Part shown: piece by piece, positions 35,476 through 44,805 of the stretch | Numbering within the stretch: position 1 is the stretch's first letter | Layout of the letters: the number at the start of each line of letters is the position of its first letter | Assembly: GCA_028709705.1 (NCBI GenBank) | Contig: JAQVWL010000001.1 | Coordinates: forward strand, 25,728 to 89,727 | Source: Clostridia bacterium | GTDB lineage: Bacteria > Bacillota > Clostridia > Christensenellales > UBA1242 | DNA: 64,000 nt | Direction of reading: 5' to 3' | Position numbers and translations under genes: made by a program | The notes under the pieces: model-generated | What the model was told of the DNA's origin: nothing | The model's input: only the letters and a program-made list of their open reading frames with translations | Databases searched by the model: none

Positions 35476-37305
35476 TCAATTTTCAAAAAATTCTTTGATT
35501 TTGTTTGCCAAATTTTTATCAATACCTTTTACAAGAGCAAGTTCTTCGGGGCTTGCTTTTTTTATTTCTTCAATTGTTTTAAATTGTTTTATCAAGGCAT
35601 CTTTTTTTACTTTTCCAACACCTTTTATGTCATCAAGTGGACTTGCCAAACTCTTTTTTTGTCTTAAATTGCGATGAAAAGTTATTGCAAATCTGTGTGC
35701 TTCATCTCTCAAATTTTGCAAAAGTCTGAGTTCAACACTGGCTCTTTTTAGCATTATTGGAGTTGGGTTGTTGGGCTTAAAAACTTCTTCAAATTTTTTT
35801 GCAAGTGATATTATTTCAATATCATTTCTTATAGAAAACAAAAAGTTTGCTGTTATGGAAAGTTGACCTTTTCCGCCGTCTATCAAAATCAAATCAGGTT
35901 TTTGGCAAAAACTTTCATCAGAGCATTTGTCAAGTTCAATCAATCTTCTTGTAATAACTTCTTTCAAACTTTCAAAGTCATTTGGACCTTCAACAGTGTT
36001 TATTTTAAATTTTCGATAATGCTTTTTCGCCTTGTCGCCATTTATAAAAACAACCATAGAAGCAACACTGTTTGTGCCTTGGGTGTTAGAAATATCATAA
36101 CATTCTATGCGTTTTGGCAAATGCAAAAGCCCTAATTCTTTTTTTAAATTTTGAATAGCACCAATAGTTTCATTAAACTTTGTTTTTTCAACTGTTGCAG
36201 ATTTTTCCAAATGTTCTTTTGCATTGGCTTTTGCCATATCAAGCAAATATTTTTTATAACCACGCATTGCAGTGTATATTTGAGGTTTGCGTTTGTTTGT
36301 CAAAATTGTTTCTATGTTGTTTATATCTTCAATATTATGACTTATCAAAATAATTTCAGGAACTTTTGCATTTGCATAATATTGCAAAATAAAACTAGAC
36401 AAAGTTTCGCCCTCATCAAGCGAAGCATCAACAGTTGTCAAATTTTGAACGCCCAAAATTTTTCCGCCTCTAACAACAAGCAAACTTATTGCACCAGAAA
36501 TATTGTTTGTTGCATAAGCAAAAACATCAATTTCTTTGTTTTGTGGAACTTGTGCAACAACTTTTTGTTTCAATTTTTGCACCATTTTTATGTTTTCTCG
36601 CAGTTCAAGTGCTTTTTCAAAATTTTCATTTTCTGATGCTATTAACATTTTTTCTTGCAAAAGATGTAAAATCAAATTGTCGTTTCCATTCAAAAATTCA
36701 ATAACTTTTGCAATTATTTTATCATAATCTTTTTCACTTATTTTGTTTGTGCAAGGTGCAGAGCAAAGATTGAGCATATAGTTCAAACATTCCCTTGGTT
36801 GCGGTTTGCTTTTTTCAATTTTAAGATTGCAAGTTCTAACAAGAAAAGCAGAGTTTATTATTTTCAAAACTTCAAACGCTTTTATTCCTGCAAAATACGG
36901 ACCAAAATATTTTGCACCATCTTTTTTCACTTTTCGTACAATTTCGGGTTTTGGGAACGGCTTGCTTGTGTCAATTTTTATGTAAGGAAAAGATTTTCCA
37001 TCTTTTAATAATATATTAAAAAAAGGCTGGTGTTTTTTAATCAAATTGCTTTCAAGTGCAAGAGCATCAAGTTCGCTTAATGTGATAAAATATTCAAAAT
37101 CAAAAATTTTGTCTACCATTGCTTTTACTTTAAAAGTGTAGCCATTCGCATTTTTTTCAGGCTTGTTGTTAAAATATTGACTAACTCTGTTTTTCAAATT
37201 TTTTGCTTTTCCAACATAAATAACATTGCCATCAATATCTTTCATAATATAAACTCCACTTTTTGTGGGCAAATTATGAAGTTTTTCTTTGATATAATCT
37301 TTCAT
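35476..37305 (-). CDS. uvrC: Excinuclease ABC subunit C
   Basis: GIY-YIG N-terminus (GVYIMKDIDGNVIYVGKAKNLKNRVSQY), a central UvrC domain and a C-terminal HhH (IKGVGKVKKDALIKQF). Confidence 0.96.
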   Translation of the reverse strand: MKDYIKEKLHNLPTKSGVYIMKDIDGNVIYVGKAKNLKNRVSQYFNNKPEKNANGYTFKVKAMVDKIFDFEYFITLSELDALALESNLIKKHQPFFNILLKDGKSFPYIKIDTSKPFPKPEIVRKVKKDGAKYFGPYFAGIKAFEVLKIINSAFLVRTCNLKIEKSKPQPRECLNYMLNLCSAPCTNKISEKDYDKIIAKVIEFLNGNDNLILHLLQEKMLIASENENFEKALELRENIKMVQKLKQKVVAQVPQNKEIDVFAYATNNISGAISLLVVRGGKILGVQNLTTVDASLDEGETLSSFILQYYANAKVPEIILISHNIEDINNIETILTNKRKPQIYTAMRGYKKYLLDMAKANAKEHLEKSATVEKTKFNETIGAIQNLKKELGLLHLPKRIECYDISNTQGTNSVASMVVFINGDKAKKHYRKFKINTVEGPNDFESLKEVITRRLIELDKCSDESFCQKPDLILIDGGKGQLSITANFLFSIRNDIEIISLAKKFEEVFKPNNPTPIMLKRASVELRLLQNLRDEAHRFAITFHRNLRQKKSLASPLDDIKGVGKVKKDALIKQFKTIEEIKKASPEELALVKGIDKNLANKIKEFFEN

Positions 37306-37416
37306 AACTCTATTATAAACAAAATCAAAAGTTTAAGTCAAGAAAGCAATCAAAAGATAAATAGTTTTTGGTTATTCTTGACATTTTTGTTTGCAACATT
37401 TATTATAATATATATA

Positions 37417-38379
37417 ATGAAAAAAGCGTTTTATAATGTAGATGATGCGGGAAAAACATTTTTGTGGTGCATATTAGCACCACAAATTTTGGGTTTTTTG
37501 GCACAAATTATCTTAATTTCAATTTCAACTTTTTATGGAACAACTGTTCAAGAAGTTTTGCAAAACACCGCTGTTTATGTTAGTTATGCAATGCTTGCAC
37601 AACTTGCCTTTGGCTTGGTTTTTTTATATGTTAGCAAAAAAACAAACATAAAATCGGCACTAAAACTTAATTTTAACTTGGGTTTGATTAACATTGTTTT
37701 TTGCGTTTTGATTGGCGTTATTGGTGTGATTGGTTTGTCGCCAATTTCAAGTATAGGAACTGAAATTTTAAAGTTTATCGGTTACGCGGTTGATGAAAGT
37801 TTTGTTTTTGATATAAACAGTGTGAGCTTTTTAATAGTTAGCATTATTTTGCTTGCCGGAGTGCCTGCCATAATTGAAGAATTTGTTTTTCGTGGCGTTA
37901 TTTTTCAAGGTTTAAGAAAGTATGGAAATTGGGTTGCAATTTTGGGTTCAAGTGCCTTGTTTGCACTTGTTCATTTGTCAGCAGAACAGTTCATTTTTCC
38001 TTTCTTATTCGGCATAATAATGGCTTATATTGTTTTAAAAACGGGTTCAATTTTTGCTTCTATGATTATACATTTTGTTGCAAACACATTAACAGTTTTG
38101 TTAAACTATTTTAAAGTTGAAATTATGTTTGACATAGACTTTGTTTGGTTTGTTTTGATTGCCTTGGGTATTGGTTTGGCAACATTTTGCATTGTTTGGT
38201 TGATGTCAAAAAAAATGAAGAATGTGGAAAAAACAAAAGAAGTGGAAGAAGTTTTGGCAGTTATTGACAATGCAGAATTTGCAAATAAAAACAAAGGCAA
38301 CACAAGCAATTTGAAATTTGGCATTATTTTCGGCATTGTTATTTGGGTGATAAATTTTGCATATTATATGATATTATAA
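37417..38379 (+). CDS. CPBP-family intramembrane glutamic endopeptidase (CAAX protease-like), paralog 1
   Basis: EEFVFRG, FALVHL and HFVANT motifs. Start at MKKAFYN. The upstream part of the track ORF overlaps uvrC and is rejected. Confidence 0.75.
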   Translation: MKKAFYNVDDAGKTFLWCILAPQILGFLAQIILISISTFYGTTVQEVLQNTAVYVSYAMLAQLAFGLVFLYVSKKTNIKSALKLNFNLGLINIVFCVLIGVIGVIGLSPISSIGTEILKFIGYAVDESFVFDINSVSFLIVSIILLAGVPAIIEEFVFRGVIFQGLRKYGNWVAILGSSALFALVHLSAEQFIFPFLFGIIMAYIVLKTGSIFASMIIHFVANTLTVLLNYFKVEIMFDIDFVWFVLIALGIGLATFCIVWLMSKKMKNVEKTKEVEEVLAVIDNAEFANKNKGNTSNLKFGIIFGIVIWVINFAYYMIL

Positions 38380-38394
38380 AAAAAGGAAAAACTT

Positions 38395-39477
38395 ATGTTT
38401 AAAAATCAATCTTCATCAAAAAAATCTCACACAGAGTTTTTTGATACAACACTAATATATTTTATTTTAATGGTCTTGTTTGTTGGAATAAGAATTTTGG
38501 CAGACAATAATTTGCTTAACTTTTTTGGCGATTATTCTTCGTATGTCTTCACAGTTTTAATTCAAATTGGCATAATGCTTTTTTTGCCTATATTTTTGTA
38601 TTGTAAATTAAGAAAAAAAACACTTAAAGAAACTTTAAAGGACTTTCGTTTTGGAAAAATAAGCATAAAAGCGGTTGGCATTGCAGTTTGCATTGGAGTT
38701 TTGGTTTATATTCTAAACATTGCAGTATCATCTTTTTTCTCACTTTTAATCACTCTTTTGGGGTATGAAAATTTGGCAACTTCTGGCACAATGGATTATT
38801 CTCTGCTTGCCTTTTTTATTGCAATATTAACAACGGCAATTTTACCCGGGTTTTGTGAAGAAGTTGCAAGCAGAGGGCTTTTGCTTCGTGGTTTTAAAAA
38901 TTTGGGCATAAAGAAAGCAATTTTAATATCCGGACTTCTTTTTGGTCTTATGCACCTAAATGTTGAACAATTTTTTTATGCAACTATAATTGGTTGGTTT
39001 TTGGCGTTTGTTTGTTTGACAACGGGTAATATAATACCCGGAATAATTATTCACTTTATGAACAACGGAATAAGCACTTATATGGGTTATGCAAGTCACA
39101 ATGGTTGGCCTCTTGGCGACATTTTGGAACCGCTTCAAACTGTTGCAACAAGTGGCAATTACCTTTCCACAATGATGGTTATATTTTTGATTTTAATAAC
39201 TGCTGTGTTCTTGCTAATTTGGCTAACATATTTATTAATCAAATTTACAACACTAGAAAAAATAAAAAAATTGAGCGAGGACCTAAATCAAACTTTGACA
39301 AGCGAAGACAAAACTTTGAGAATAAACACTCTAAAAATAGAAATACCTTTTGATGCTCTTGGTTTTAGTATAAAACAAAAATATTTTCCACCATTAAAAC
39401 AAAAAGTGTTTTTGTTTTCCACCATTTTTTTGGGTTGCGTTGTTTTGATAAATACTTTTATTTGGGGAGTTTTATAA
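38395..39477 (+). CDS. CPBP-family intramembrane glutamic endopeptidase, paralog 2
   Basis: EEVASRG, FGLMHL and HFMNNG motifs. AAGGAAAAA RBS. Confidence 0.75.
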   Translation: MFKNQSSSKKSHTEFFDTTLIYFILMVLFVGIRILADNNLLNFFGDYSSYVFTVLIQIGIMLFLPIFLYCKLRKKTLKETLKDFRFGKISIKAVGIAVCIGVLVYILNIAVSSFFSLLITLLGYENLATSGTMDYSLLAFFIAILTTAILPGFCEEVASRGLLLRGFKNLGIKKAILISGLLFGLMHLNVEQFFYATIIGWFLAFVCLTTGNIIPGIIIHFMNNGISTYMGYASHNGWPLGDILEPLQTVATSGNYLSTMMVIFLILITAVFLLIWLTYLLIKFTTLEKIKKLSEDLNQTLTSEDKTLRINTLKIEIPFDALGFSIKQKYFPPLKQKVFLFSTIFLGCVVLINTFIWGVL

Positions 39478-39478
39478 A

Positions 39479-39919
39479 ATGCAAAAATTTATGCAAATTG
39501 CCATAAAAGAAGCAAAAAAAGCACAAAAAATTGATGAAGTTCCAATAGGTGCAGTCATTGTAGTCAACGGAAAAATATTGGGAAAGGCATTTAACAAAAG
39601 AAATTCTTCAAAAATTGCAACTCATCACGCAGAGATTTTGGCGATTGAAAAGGCTTGCAAAAAATTGGGTGATTGGCGACTTGAAAACGCAGAAATTTTT
39701 GTAACGCTTGAACCTTGTCCAATGTGTGCTGGTGCAATAGCAAATGCAAGAATAAAAAAACTTGTTTTTGGTGCTTATGACACAAGTGGAACAAATCATA
39801 ATTTGATTTTTGAAATATTAAATGACACAAGACTAAATCACAAAGTAGAAATTGTTGGTGGAATTTTGGAAAGTGAATGCAAACAACTTTTGACAGATTT
39901 TTTTAAAAAGAAAAGATAA
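39479..39919 (+). CDS. tadA: tRNA adenosine(34) deaminase
   Basis: HAEILAIEKA and LEPCPMCAGA deaminase zinc motifs. Confidence 0.93.
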   Translation: MQKFMQIAIKEAKKAQKIDEVPIGAVIVVNGKILGKAFNKRNSSKIATHHAEILAIEKACKKLGDWRLENAEIFVTLEPCPMCAGAIANARIKKLVFGAYDTSGTNHNLIFEILNDTRLNHKVEIVGGILESECKQLLTDFFKKKR

Positions 39920-39921
39920 AA

Positions 39922-40308
39922 TTAGTTGTCATATTTGCTTGCATCAAAATCTTTATATCCTTCTTTTGACTTTTCTTGTGGCAAAAAATCGTAATTTGGT
40001 TTTTGATCATCATCTTCTTCTTTTTCTTTGGTTTCATTTTCGCTATCAACATTTTCTTGTGGCAAATTTTTAACAGATTTTTGCATTTTTTTAAAACTAT
40101 TTTCTGTTAGTTTTATTGAACCTTTGTTTTTAAGTGCCATACCAATCAAAACAAAACTCGCCATTCCTATAACAAAATAAAAAAATCTGCTAAACAAACT
40201 TGCTTGCAGTCCAAATAAACCTGCAATAAAATCGTATTGGAAAGCACCAATAAAGAACCAATTTAATGAACCCAGCATAACTATTATAAAACTGAAAAAA
40301 GTAAGCAT
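39922..40308 (-). CDS. DUF378-family membrane protein with an acidic C-terminal extension
   Basis: MLGSLNWFFIGAFQYDFIAGLFG pattern, two TM segments, then an E/D/K-rich tail. Confidence 0.7.
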   Translation of the reverse strand: MLTFFSFIIVMLGSLNWFFIGAFQYDFIAGLFGLQASLFSRFFYFVIGMASFVLIGMALKNKGSIKLTENSFKKMQKSVKNLPQENVDSENETKEKEEDDDQKPNYDFLPQEKSKEGYKDFDASKYDN

Positions 40309-40484
40309 AAAAGTTCCCCTTTTGAATATAATGTGTTTTATAACAAAAAATATTCAAATTTCAACTCAAACAATTTTACAAAAAACGCTTGACAAACTTA
40401 ATAATTTTTGTATAATAATTTTTGTAAAAATGTGTTGAGAGGGTTTTTGCTTTGGCAAAAACTCTTTGTTTAACAGGAGGCACT

Positions 40485-40952
40485 ATGAAAACATATTTAA
40501 CCCTTGAAGGAAAAAAAGAACTCGAAGAAAAACTTGAATACTACAAAACAGTAAAAAGAGCAGAAGTAACACAAGCGATAGGCATTGCAAGAGAATACGG
40601 TGATTTGAAAGAAAATTCAGAATATGATGCAGCCAAAGAAGCGCAAGCAGTTTTGGAAGCAGAAATATTGGAAATAGAAACCAAACTTCGTGATTGCGAA
40701 ATTATAGACAAGAAAAAAATTGACACAACAAAGGTGTCAATTGGTTGTTTTGTAAAAGTTTTTGACAAAGAGTTTGATGAAGAGGTTGAATATAAAATAG
40801 TTGGCTCAACTGAAAGCAACCCCCTTAAAGGTTTTATCAGCAATGAATCACCAGTTGGCATTGCACTTATAAATGCACAAGTTGGCGATATTGTTTCAGT
40901 TGAAACCCCGTCAGGTGTTGCAAAACTTAAAGTTTTATCTATTAGAGTTTAA
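40485..40952 (+). CDS. greA: Transcription elongation factor GreA
   Basis: LTLEGKKELEEKLEYYK...AREYGDLKENSEYDAAKE. AGGAGG RBS before ATG 40485. Confidence 0.94.
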   Translation: MKTYLTLEGKKELEEKLEYYKTVKRAEVTQAIGIAREYGDLKENSEYDAAKEAQAVLEAEILEIETKLRDCEIIDKKKIDTTKVSIGCFVKVFDKEFDEEVEYKIVGSTESNPLKGFISNESPVGIALINAQVGDIVSVETPSGVAKLKVLSIRV

Positions 40953-40985
40953 TTTCAAACTTGTTCATTCGTTTTCCTTATTTAG

Positions 40986-41014
40986 TTGATTTTTTGTATA
41001 AATCATAGTATAAT
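40986..41014 (+). promoter_or_regulatory. Promoter placing the TSS on the dnaX ATG (leaderless)
   Basis: TTGATT (40986-91), a 17-nt spacer, TATAAT (41009-14), 6 nt, then ATG 41021. No SD. Confidence 0.55.
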
Positions 41015-41020
41015 ATTGTT

Positions 41021-42124
41021 ATGATTTATCAAGCATTATATAGAAAATATCGCCCATTAACCTTTGAAGATGTCATTGGTCAAAGGCATATTACAAACAC
41101 TTTATCCAATCAAATCAAAGCAAACAAAATTGTTCATGCTTATCTTTTTTGTGGCAGTCGTGGAACGGGCAAAACAAGCACAGCAAAAATTTTTGCCAAA
41201 GCCATAAACTGCCAAAACAATCAAAATGGGTCACCTTGTGGCAAATGCAAAACTTGCACTGCAATGGCAGACACGGTCAATATGGATATTGTAGAAATTG
41301 ATGCTGCTTCAAACAATAGGGTAGACGAAATTCGTGATTTGCGGGAAAAGGTCAAGTTTACTCCCGTTAACGGAAAATATAAAATTTATATAATTGATGA
41401 AGTGCATATGCTTACTGACAGTGCTTACAACGCACTTCTAAAAACTTTGGAAGAACCGCCAGAACATATAGTTTTTATTTTGGCAACAACCGAACCACAC
41501 AAATTGCCAGCAACTATTCTTTCAAGATGTGTTAGGTTTGATTTTGGACTTGTACCTGTGGAAGAATTGACAAATCACCTTAAAAACATTTTTGAAAAAG
41601 AAAAAATAACTTATGAAGAAGAAGCAGTCAAGGTTATTGCAAATGCGGGCGAAGGTTCCGTTCGTGACACACTTTCAATTGCCGACAGCGTTTCTGCATA
41701 TTGTGGAAACAACATAACTTTTCAAAAAGTGCTTGAAATTTTAAGTTTAAACGATAATGATATTTATATCAATCTTGCAAATTCGCTTTTTGACAAGGAC
41801 TTGGGCAAATGCTTGGAAATTGTTGATACCGCTTATCGCAATGGCAAAAATATGAGTGTTTTTGCAAAAGATTTGAGTGTTCATTTTAGAAATTTACTTG
41901 TGATAAAAACTTGTAAAGAACCCAACAAAATTTTGGTCTTGCCTGAAAATATTTTCAAAAAGTTTTCTAACCAAGCCGAAAAATTGAACAATCTTGACCT
42001 TATGAATGCAATGAAAGTTTTTGGCAACATTGAAGCAGAATTAAGATACGCCCTTTCGCCCAAAATTTTGATTGAAACCGCTCTTGTTAGCATAATATCT
42101 AACAATGACTTAAAAAAAAACTAA
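41021..42124 (+). CDS. dnaX: DNA polymerase III subunit gamma/tau, zero-frame product (367 aa)
   Basis: HAYLFCGSRGTGKTS Walker A, zinc module CGKCKTC, IIDEVHML and SRC motif ILSRC. Stops at TAA one codon after an A9 run. Confidence 0.93.
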   Translation: MIYQALYRKYRPLTFEDVIGQRHITNTLSNQIKANKIVHAYLFCGSRGTGKTSTAKIFAKAINCQNNQNGSPCGKCKTCTAMADTVNMDIVEIDAASNNRVDEIRDLREKVKFTPVNGKYKIYIIDEVHMLTDSAYNALLKTLEEPPEHIVFILATTEPHKLPATILSRCVRFDFGLVPVEELTNHLKNIFEKEKITYEEEAVKVIANAGEGSVRDTLSIADSVSAYCGNNITFQKVLEILSLNDNDIYINLANSLFDKDLGKCLEIVDTAYRNGKNMSVFAKDLSVHFRNLLVIKTCKEPNKILVLPENIFKKFSNQAEKLNNLDLMNAMKVFGNIEAELRYALSPKILIETALVSIISNNDLKKN

Positions 42125-42144
42125 CAATTAACTCAACCAATAAC

Positions 42145-42474
42145 TTGCAACCAAAGTCAATGTGGGGAAAGGTAGTTTTATATTTAAAAGAAAAAAAATA
42201 TATAGCACTTCAAATTGCTTGCGGAGATATTTTAGATGTTAGTATAATAGGGAATAATTTTGTAATAAACACACAAGAACAACTGATTTTTGAACTTTTA
42301 ATGCAAAACGAAAACCAAAAAATTATAAAAAAAGCATTAGAATGGCAGGGATTTTTGGGCAATTTGGAAATAAATAGATTGCTAAAAGCAGAAGATATAA
42401 TAAAATCAGATTTGGAAAGATTAAGACAGATAGGAATAGAATTTTTGATAAAAAAAGGAGTAAGTGATGAATAA
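42145..42474 (+). CDS. dnaX: DnaX C-terminal (tau-like) segment in the -1 frame relative to dnaX
   Basis: The frame is open continuously from the A9 run (42112-42120). There is no SD or convincing start of its own. The W..V...L pattern (MWGKVVLYLKEKKYIALQIA...) resembles the C-terminal region of Firmicute DnaX as recalled. Confidence 0.6.
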   Translation: MQPKSMWGKVVLYLKEKKYIALQIACGDILDVSIIGNNFVINTQEQLIFELLMQNENQKIIKKALEWQGFLGNLEINRLLKAEDIIKSDLERLRQIGIEFLIKKGVSDE

Positions 42475-42796
42475 TTTTAGAGGTGGATTTGGCGGTGGCT
42501 TTGGGGGTGCAAACATTGGGCAACTTATGAAACAAGCACAAAAAATGCAACAAGATATGGAAGAAGCCAAAAATGAAATAAGCCAAACAGAGTTTAAGAC
42601 GACTGCTGGCGGTGGAATGGTAGAAGTTGTTATGATGGGAAATCGTAACTTAAAATCTATCAATCTAAAACCTGAAATAGTTGACCCTGAAGATATTGAA
42701 ATGCTTGAAGATTTGATTTGTGCTTCAATCAACGATGCGTTGAACCAAATAACAAAAATGGAAAATGAAAAACTTCCACAAATGCCGGGAATGTAA
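42464..42796 (+). CDS. ybaB: Nucleoid-associated protein YbaB/EbfC
   Basis: MKQAQKMQQDMEEAK...GGGMVEVVMMGNRNLKSINLKPEIVDPEDIEMLEDLI. Conserved dnaX-ybaB-recR order. Confidence 0.92.
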   Translation: MMNNFRGGFGGGFGGANIGQLMKQAQKMQQDMEEAKNEISQTEFKTTAGGGMVEVVMMGNRNLKSINLKPEIVDPEDIEMLEDLICASINDALNQITKMENEKLPQMPGM

Positions 42797-42797
42797 T

Positions 42798-43382
42798 ATG
42801 AATGAACCTTTGGAAAGACTTGTCAATGCTTTTAGAAGTTTGCCGGGTGTTGGGTTAAAAACAGCACAACGGTATGCTTATTTTATTATCAAATCAAGCA
42901 AAGGAGATGCAACAGACTTTGCCAACAGTGTTTTGTTGGCGAAAGAGCAAATAAAATATTGCAAAGAATGTGGAAATTACACCGACAAAACAATTTGTCC
43001 AATTTGCCAAAACCGAAACAAAAAAACAATTTGTGTTGTAGCAGAACCCAAAGATGTTGTGGTGATGGAAAAAGTAAAAAATTATAATGGCGTGTATCAT
43101 ATTTTGAACGGAACATTAAGTCCGCTTGAAAATCGTGGACCCAATGACATAAGAATAAAAGAGTTGCTTGACCGCATAAACAGATATCAAACAACCGAAG
43201 TTATTATGGCAACCAATCCTGATGTTGAAGGCGATGCAACTGCAATGTATATTGCAAAATTATTGAAGCCACTTGGCATAAAAGTTACAAGAATAGCACA
43301 AGGTATTTCTATGGGAACAGACCTAGAATTTGCAGATGAAATAACTTTATCAAAAGCCCTTGAAGGCAGAAGAGAAATTTAA
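42798..43382 (+). CDS. recR: Recombination protein RecR
   Basis: LVNAFRSLPGVGLKTAQRYA HhH, a C4 zinc finger (CKECGNYTDKTICPICQ) and Toprim. Start at MNEPLE 42798. Confidence 0.94.
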   Translation: MNEPLERLVNAFRSLPGVGLKTAQRYAYFIIKSSKGDATDFANSVLLAKEQIKYCKECGNYTDKTICPICQNRNKKTICVVAEPKDVVVMEKVKNYNGVYHILNGTLSPLENRGPNDIRIKELLDRINRYQTTEVIMATNPDVEGDATAMYIAKLLKPLGIKVTRIAQGISMGTDLEFADEITLSKALEGRREI

Positions 43383-44734
43383 AGATTGTTTGTCAAACAA
43401 CCTTCTTTTTTTTTCGTTGCTCTTTGATATTCATCTAAAAAAAACAAGTTTTTGTTTGCAAGTTCCTTTTCTTTGCCTTCAAGTTCTTCTACTTTTGTGT
43501 TTAAACTTTCCAAAAAATTTTTAAATTCACATGCAGGTCCCAACAAATTTTGTGGGTCTTTTTTATTATAAATCAAAATATTGCTAATATCAATTAACAT
43601 ATTGTTTGTAGCAACAAAAAACTTTTCATCTTTTTTTGTAAGAGGGTCTTCAAATTGTGCAAGGGTATTATTTTTGATTGCATTTATAAGCATAAGTTGA
43701 TTTTGTGATTTGTAATAAATTGCCTTATCATAATTTTTCATTTCTTCTAATTCTCTTGCAACTCCTAAATTTATCGTTAACAAATTATAAATTGAAGATT
43801 TTGAAACCTTTTCAACTTCTAAATCTTTTAATATTTCTTCCACACCGAAAATATATTCCTTGTCCACATTTAAATTGTTGATTTCATTAATAAAATTAAC
43901 AGTATTAAACCTATTTTTTGAAAAAATTTCTTCGCCAATTGCATATTTTAACAAAACTAACATATCAAAATTTTTGCAATATTTTGATGTAAAATTTTTT
44001 TCTTTTGAAACGAAAGCACCATAAGTTATGTTTTGAAAACATTGATTGTACAATTTGTTGAATTTGTTTTTTATAAAAACCAATCTATCACAAAGCATAA
44101 CCGAAAAAAAGTCATTGTTTACTTCTGAAAGCGATGTTGTACCAATGCTTTTTAACCATTCCTTGTTGCTTGGGTATGTTTTTCTTAAATTTAGAGAATG
44201 ATTTGAGTTTAATAAAAATGTTTCGCTAGGAAAGTTTTTAACACTTACATAATTATTAAGCCCAATATAAATTATATTTCTATTTTTAAAAGTTTTTGTT
44301 TCTAATATATGTGAAAATTCGTGAAATAAAATAATTTTTTGTATAATAGAATCTTCATTTTCAACAAATTTATCAATTTTTTGGTAGATAACTAATTCTT
44401 TTTTGCTTGCATCAAAAGTGGCATCTTTTTTTTCAAAAACCGGACCTAAATTGTAATCATATTTTTCAATATTATTGCAAAACAAATAAGTAAAAACCTC
44501 TTCAAGTTTTGCTTCATTTTTTTTTGCAAAAAGTTCTTTGACAATATCTTGTTCAAAAACTTTTGGAGTTCCATCTTTGTCTTTGACAATCAAGCATTCA
44601 AAATCTTCTTTGCAAAAAGTTTGATTTTTTTCTTCTAGTTTTAAATAAAAATCCATTGCAATACTTTTCAAAAAATCGTTTTTGCAAACTTTGTTTAGAT
44701 GTAAATTAAAACTCTCATAATTATAAATATTCAT
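43379..44734 (-). CDS. Hypothetical protein with an HExxH motif (451 aa)
   Basis: ILFHEFSHILE is the only recognisable motif. The gene has its own promoter: TTGACT, a 16-nt spacer, TATAAT, 6 nt, then ATG. Confidence 0.5.
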   Translation of the reverse strand: MNIYNYESFNLHLNKVCKNDFLKSIAMDFYLKLEEKNQTFCKEDFECLIVKDKDGTPKVFEQDIVKELFAKKNEAKLEEVFTYLFCNNIEKYDYNLGPVFEKKDATFDASKKELVIYQKIDKFVENEDSIIQKIILFHEFSHILETKTFKNRNIIYIGLNNYVSVKNFPSETFLLNSNHSLNLRKTYPSNKEWLKSIGTTSLSEVNNDFFSVMLCDRLVFIKNKFNKLYNQCFQNITYGAFVSKEKNFTSKYCKNFDMLVLLKYAIGEEIFSKNRFNTVNFINEINNLNVDKEYIFGVEEILKDLEVEKVSKSSIYNLLTINLGVARELEEMKNYDKAIYYKSQNQLMLINAIKNNTLAQFEDPLTKKDEKFFVATNNMLIDISNILIYNKKDPQNLLGPACEFKNFLESLNTKVEELEGKEKELANKNLFFLDEYQRATKKKEGCLTNNL

Positions 44735-44805
44735 ATTTTTATTATAGCATAAAGCAAAAAAAAGTCAATTGCATTTTTAATTCGACAAAAACCAACACTG
44801 ATTTT

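Noticed and set aside
37177-37416. N-terminal extension of the first CPBP gene
   Set aside because: It overlaps the uvrC 5' end in antisense. A promoter-like TTGACA/TATTAT lies inside it, just upstream of ATG 37417.
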